DNA of 11,913 nucleotides from Thermoproteota archaeon (GTDB lineage Archaea; Korarchaeota; Korarchaeia; Korarchaeales; Korarchaeaceae): NCBI GenBank assembly GCA_027491435.1, contig JAOZFG010000007.1, positions 1 to 11,913 of the forward strand, read 5' to 3'. Shown piece by piece: positions 7,886 to 11,913 of this stretch (position 1 is its first letter; each line of letters starts with the position of its first letter). The notes under the pieces were generated by a model. It saw only the letters and a program-made list of their open reading frames with translations, ran no database searches and was not told where the DNA came from. The position numbers and the translations under genes were made by a program.

Positions 7886-8274
7886 TGGGAGCTGACCTGT
7901 GGACCCCTCTCATCGTGACGTTGGTGGGCGCCCTCCTCTGGGCCCTGGCTGAAGGTTCCCATAACCTTTTCGTGGGCTTCAGGGTGGGTTACACTTGGCC
8001 TCGGAGAGGGTCTGGAGGAAGATACGGGCGAGCCGGGATGGCCTTCACCTTAATAGGGGCTGCGGGCCTCCTGGTCCAGCACCTAGTCTGAACCTAAAGG
8101 TTTACTTGGTCCTCCTCTCCGCTGACCACGGCGCTGCTGGTCTATCAGCAGGGAAATGGCCGAAAGGGAGCTGACCACGTCACCTGGGGAGGAAGGGGGT
8201 TAAGGAGCTGAGGGTCAGGGTTTCCAGGGTCAGGCCCCTCTCCTAGTAACTCGTCCGGAGGGCCTGCTTCTATG
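7885..8274 (+). pseudogene. Degraded SdpI/YhfL-family membrane (immunity-type) protein gene
   Basis: ATG 7885 is coupled to the PadR stop (TGATG). A TM helix precedes NLFVGFRVGYT, and a shifted frame at 7995-8024 reads LASERVWRKI, rebuilding the SdpI motif N...G.R...TL.S...W.K. More hydrophobic fragments and stops follow. The 3' end is approximate. Confidence 0.7.
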
Positions 8275-8340
8275 AGCTCGCCCACCTCATGCCTCTCACG
8301 TAAACCTACTTTAAGTCCCTCATCTTAAGACCGCCTAGGG

Positions 8341-9051
8341 TTACAGGCTCAAGCTCTCCACCTTGATGCCGCCGCCCCCATCCCTGTAGAACCTGTAGAG
8401 GGTCCAGTTGTCCAGCTCCTTCCACTCCCCCGTGAACACCTGCTGCTCCCACGGCTGGGAGGCCAGTAGAACGCCCCTCTCCTCCCTCAAGAGGTAGAGG
8501 TTGAAGTAGTCAGGGTGCTTTACGGCCCCCTTGAGGGCGTAGAGCTCCTCACCGGAGGTGAGCAGGAAGGTCATTGAGGAGTCGACCTTCTCCCTGATCC
8601 CCCTTATGGACTCGGCCAGGCTTTCCGGGGTCAGAGGCCAACTGGAGTCCACCAGCTCTATTAGCATAGCCTCTGTGTCGGTGCTGCCCAAAGCTTTATC
8701 GCTCCTAACCTTAACTGACCCGTTGTGGGCCAAGAACCAGCCCCTGTACTCAAAGGGGTGGGTGTTCTCAAAGCTGACCTCCCCTACCGAGGCGGCTCTG
8801 GCGTGCACCACAGCCAGGTCGGCCCTGAACCTCTGGTAGAAAGACCTCTTCCAGGCGGCCTCAACTTCCCTGACGTAGAGGATTAGCCTCCCAGACCTGA
8901 AGGCCACCATCCCCCACCCGTGGGGGTGTCCCATGCCTCCCCCCTTCAGGGTTCTGCCCCTGCTGGCCATCAGGGCCAGGGCGTCGATGAGCTCCTCAAC
9001 CTCGTAGCCCAGAAGCGGCTCCACGGTCATGAAGGAGAGCATCCTACACAT
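8341..9051 (-). CDS. Class II (Ntn) glutamine amidotransferase, YafJ/EgtC-like
   Basis: N-terminal MCR (catalytic Cys), HPHGWG, HAR.AS.G, NTHPF, AHNG and G.TDTE. Confidence 0.92.
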   Translation of the reverse strand: MCRMLSFMTVEPLLGYEVEELIDALALMASRGRTLKGGGMGHPHGWGMVAFRSGRLILYVREVEAAWKRSFYQRFRADLAVVHARAASVGEVSFENTHPFEYRGWFLAHNGSVKVRSDKALGSTDTEAMLIELVDSSWPLTPESLAESIRGIREKVDSSMTFLLTSGEELYALKGAVKHPDYFNLYLLREERGVLLASQPWEQQVFTGEWKELDNWTLYRFYRDGGGGIKVESLSL

Positions 9052-9060
9052 AGCCCTTGT

Positions 9061-9120
9061 GACCCGGTCAGCTTAAAAGCAGCGTGGGAGCCGACCCGGC
9101 CTCACATTTATTATTTGTAA
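9061..9120. promoter_or_regulatory. Divergent promoter region for the amidotransferase and the large NTPase
   Basis: Minus strand GCTTTTAAGC (9071-9080) lies about 20-29 nt before ATG 9051. Plus strand TTTATTA (9107-9113) lies about 23-29 nt before ATG 9136. Confidence 0.55.
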
Positions 9121-9135
9121 GCGCCCCAAAGGTGG

Positions 9136-11913
9136 ATGAATGCTAACACATATAGCCTGCCAATTAAGGAAGTTGAAGTGAAAGACCCTTATGAGACCAT
9201 TAAAAGGGCGAAAGAGGGCAAGGTAGTGCTATCCGGTCCCAGGTGGTTGGGGAAGACGGAGATCGCCAAAAAGGTAGCTGAGGAGAAAGGTTGGACCTAC
9301 TGCGACAACCTCGAAAGCCTGGAGAGTGCTCTAAACGAAGGTGAGAAGGGGCTCGTCCTGGACAACTTCTACAACATTGTCTGGGAAGCCCTCCTGAGAG
9401 GCGATGGCCAGGGAGACGGCGAAAAGCATCCGGTGGTTGAGGCCCTAAGCAGGGAGCATCTGGCGGTCCTCTCCCTGTACGAGCTCGAGTGGACCCTGAA
9501 CAGCTTAGGTAACCTAGGGTACGGTTGGGCTGAGAAGGTGGTGGAGAAGCTCAAAGGTGATAAGCTGATCCTGCCGAAGTACGAAGAGAAGCACTTGGAG
9601 GGCATGCACAGGATCCTGAAGTTCTCAGTTTGCGGGCTGGAAGTGAAAGAGAAGTTCAGGTACAAGGGGGAGAGCGTGCACGAATTCAGAGCCAAGATAA
9701 GGGCGGGTAACGGGGATATAGACTACAGTACACTGATTCCAAAGGCGATAATTGCCGAAGAAGCTCTGGGGGTAGTCTTCCTTAGGGAAAACGAGTACAT
9801 TAACATAGTGGAGAGGATTAGGGATTTTCTGGAGGGGGTTGGGGCCTTTCAGCAGGCTGAAAGTTTCCTGAGAATGGTCAGGAACGTGCCTGTGGTCGTC
9901 GGGCTCAGCCCCCTCACAGGGGTAGTGGGGGCCCTGGCGGCCTTATTCCTTGCCCTCGCCTCTCAGAGAAGGCAAGAATTCCCTATAACGGCGTTGATAC
10001 ACAGGATGCCCGCCTACATGGTTGAGGAGGTGGAGAAGAGGCATGGGGTGCTCCCCAGGACCTATTCCAGCGTGTCCTGTCACCCCATCAAAGTTGAAGG
10101 CGAGGTCCAGGTCAACGAGAAGATCTTGAACTCCATTAGAAACGTGGAAAGGGGTATAACGGACGTTCTCAGGGAAAATGTGTCCTTCCATTGGGATAAT
10201 AACGGGTTCGCCGACCTAGAAAAGCTCAAGAAGTATCTACACATAGAGAGGAGCGAAGAAGGTAAAGATAAGAAGCTGGTGGACATGTTAGAGATGCCGG
10301 AGTACCGAAAGCTGGTCTTAAAGGTGTTGAAGAGGGCGAGGGATGACGTGGTGTTCGTTACAGGCCCTTCAGGATCCGGCAAGACTTACCTGCTCTACTT
10401 CGCCGCCAAGGAGATGGAAAAGCAGGGAATACCCTACAGCTTCCCTAAGAGGAGGATCTCTGAGCTCGACAGCTTTCACAGCAATTATGGGATCTACTTG
10501 CTGGTCGACGACCCGAGCTATGATGAGTTCAAGGCCATCGTAACCTCTCATGATGACCACAGGAAATACGTGATAGTGGCTGTGAGGGACTACGTGCTGA
10601 AGGAGTATCTCGAGAGGTACCTCAGGGAGATTAGGGGGGAGGGGAGGTACCACGAGGCCGGCGTGGAGAAGCTCTTGAGTAGAGCCGTTTTCATAGAGTC
10701 CGAGGACTACATCAGGTTCCTGGCCGAAGGCCTCTTCAGGAGTGTGGAAGACGAGGCCCTCCACATTCTAGTTGAGAAGGCCACGAGCTCCTGGGAGATA
10801 AACCTTGAGGAAGACTCTCTGAAGGGGAAGTCGCCCCTAATGTATTACGTGGCCCTGTTGGCCAAAGAGCATGAACAATTGACTAGAGAGGTGGCTGAGA
10901 AGCTTCCTAATAGCCTATTAGAGCTTGAGGCTACCTTTATACGCAGGGCCATCCTTAGAACTGAACCTCCCTACAGCGGGGAGGAATATGAGGATTTCAT
11001 TAAGGGGTTCGTCTTCCTGATACCCTTGGTGGCCTTGGGCATAAACTCGAGGCTTCCTGAGAGCCTCTTCGAGAGGCTGAAGGAAGAGTCCCTCAAGGTT
11101 GCCGAGAAATACGCTGGGGGACATCATCTGAACTGGGAAGATATAAGGAGGCATCAGGCCAACAATTTGAGAAATTTTGTGACAATAGTGAGAGTAGATA
11201 GGGATAATTATGTTAAATTATCACACGATTCTTGGGAGATCTTGCTAGATACATCGCCACTCAACAAGGAGTTTAACGCCAAGGGGAAAAGCATAGAGAA
11301 GGTGCACAAGTTCATGGGTGCAGTTGCTGATGAGCTGAAGGACGTGCTAGAGGGGATGTTGAAAGTGAGGGGGCTGGACGACGAAGTAAATCTCCTGAAG
11401 TCTACTAACGATGATAGAGTGAAATTTACGATAGTAACGAACTTGGTGACTCTCCTATCGTTAGACGATAGGGTGCTTGAGAAGTTTGCCAGAGGGTTAA
11501 CCGGCAAATGGTATTATAAAACACTTCCTGATATACCTTACGAGAGATCTAAAGATTATGAGTTTAGGGTCACTTCCCTACATTTGTGTAAGAACTTGGA
11601 CAGGTTACCGACTCTGGTAATAGACTGCTTGATATGCGAGAACTTTTGGAAGTTCACGAAGGATCAGGTCAGCAAGCTTATAGAAGCCGCCAGAGAAGGC
11701 GTTTCACCTGCCGCTAAAGCCCTTGGATGGATAGCTATAGCTAACAAAGATTTAGCTAATTTAGCTGTGAGCGGGCTTATAGAAGCCGCCAGAGAAGGCG
11801 TTTCACCTGCCTCTTTGGCCCTTGGATGGATAGCTATAGCTAACAAAGATTTAGCTAATTTAGCTGTGAGCGGGCTTATAGAAGCCGCCAGAGAAGGCGT
11901 TTCACCTGCCTCT
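9136..11913 (+). CDS. Large tandem P-loop / STAND-type NTPase with C-terminal HEAT-like tandem repeats (3'-partial, at least 926 aa)
   Basis: Hand translation from ATG 9136 finds no stop to the window end. Motifs: GPRWLGKT (9235-9258) with GLVLDNF (9349-9369), hydrophobic helix (9886-9963), GPSGSGKT (10363-10386), IYLLVDD (10492-10512), VIVAVR (10570-10587), GKSPL (10825-10839), LSHDSW (HD at 11224-11229), and 33-aa repeats from 11677. Confidence 0.9.
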   Translation, partial: MNANTYSLPIKEVEVKDPYETIKRAKEGKVVLSGPRWLGKTEIAKKVAEEKGWTYCDNLESLESALNEGEKGLVLDNFYNIVWEALLRGDGQGDGEKHPVVEALSREHLAVLSLYELEWTLNSLGNLGYGWAEKVVEKLKGDKLILPKYEEKHLEGMHRILKFSVCGLEVKEKFRYKGESVHEFRAKIRAGNGDIDYSTLIPKAIIAEEALGVVFLRENEYINIVERIRDFLEGVGAFQQAESFLRMVRNVPVVVGLSPLTGVVGALAALFLALASQRRQEFPITALIHRMPAYMVEEVEKRHGVLPRTYSSVSCHPIKVEGEVQVNEKILNSIRNVERGITDVLRENVSFHWDNNGFADLEKLKKYLHIERSEEGKDKKLVDMLEMPEYRKLVLKVLKRARDDVVFVTGPSGSGKTYLLYFAAKEMEKQGIPYSFPKRRISELDSFHSNYGIYLLVDDPSYDEFKAIVTSHDDHRKYVIVAVRDYVLKEYLERYLREIRGEGRYHEAGVEKLLSRAVFIESEDYIRFLAEGLFRSVEDEALHILVEKATSSWEINLEEDSLKGKSPLMYYVALLAKEHEQLTREVAEKLPNSLLELEATFIRRAILRTEPPYSGEEYEDFIKGFVFLIPLVALGINSRLPESLFERLKEESLKVAEKYAGGHHLNWEDIRRHQANNLRNFVTIVRVDRDNYVKLSHDSWEILLDTSPLNKEFNAKGKSIEKVHKFMGAVADELKDVLEGMLKVRGLDDEVNLLKSTNDDRVKFTIVTNLVTLLSLDDRVLEKFARGLTGKWYYKTLPDIPYERSKDYEFRVTSLHLCKNLDRLPTLVIDCLICENFWKFTKDQVSKLIEAAREGVSPAAKALGWIAIANKDLANLAVSGLIEAAREGVSPASLALGWIAIANKDLANLAVSGLIEAAREGVSPAS
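11677..11913 (+). repeat. In-frame 99-bp tandem repeat (33 aa, HEAT-like), 2 full units plus 39 bp, running off the window
   Basis: Units start at 11677, 11776 and 11875. The unit is LIEAAREGVSPA[AK/SL]ALGWIAIANKDLANLAVSG. Units 1 and 2 are identical at 95 of 99 nt. Confidence 0.97.

Noticed and set aside
3237-9080. Recurrent GCTTAAA(A)GC motif (3237, 3675, 3823, 9071) as a shared operator
   Set aside because: It mostly coincides with TATA-box positions, and one copy is inside a coding remnant, so ordinary promoter sequence or chance is the simpler explanation.
8558-9120. ORFs 8558-8839 and 8920-9120
   Set aside because: They are antisense to the amidotransferase gene.
9369-11846. Listed small ORFs (9369-9695, 9943-10191, 10080-10382, 10343-10543, 10369-10764, 10918-11154, 11208-11507, 11664-11846)
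   Set aside because: They are antisense or alternate-frame shadows of the long motif-bearing + strand frame.
11677-11913. Tandem repeats as a CRISPR array
   Set aside because: Units are 99 bp, contiguous, in frame within a CDS, and have no unique spacers.
11677-11913. True TALE homology of the 33-aa repeats
   Set aside because: No resemblance to the TALE consensus (LTPxQVVAIAS..GGKQAL). The pattern fits HEAT-like repeats, so the comparison is an analogy only.

Overview
Accessory region of what looks like a (hyper)thermophilic archaeal genome. This is inferred from AGG/ATA codon bias and TATA boxes about 25 nt upstream of several start codons. Intact genes are a DUF2848-like protein, a RIDD-repeat coiled-coil protein, a small secreted beta-sandwich protein, a secreted HSL-type esterase, a YhfC-like intramembrane protease plus PadR regulator with a clear palindromic operator, and a class II glutamine amidotransferase. 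They are interspersed with six eroded genes: AF2212-like and AbrB-like antitoxins, a ParA/MinD ATPase, an SdpI-like protein and two membrane proteins. The main feature is missing from the ORF track because it has no stop in the window: an uninterrupted + strand frame from 9136 to the end (at least 926 aa). It reads as N-terminal P-loop NTPase, hydrophobic helix, STAND-type NTPase (Walker A/B, sensor-1 R, GxP-like, HD), then tandem 33-aa HEAT-like repeats. The two complete 99-bp repeat units differ only in two adjacent codons. This is a candidate archaeal NLR-like immune receptor with a repeat-variable sensor. All protein calls come from motif recognition by eye; no searches were run.
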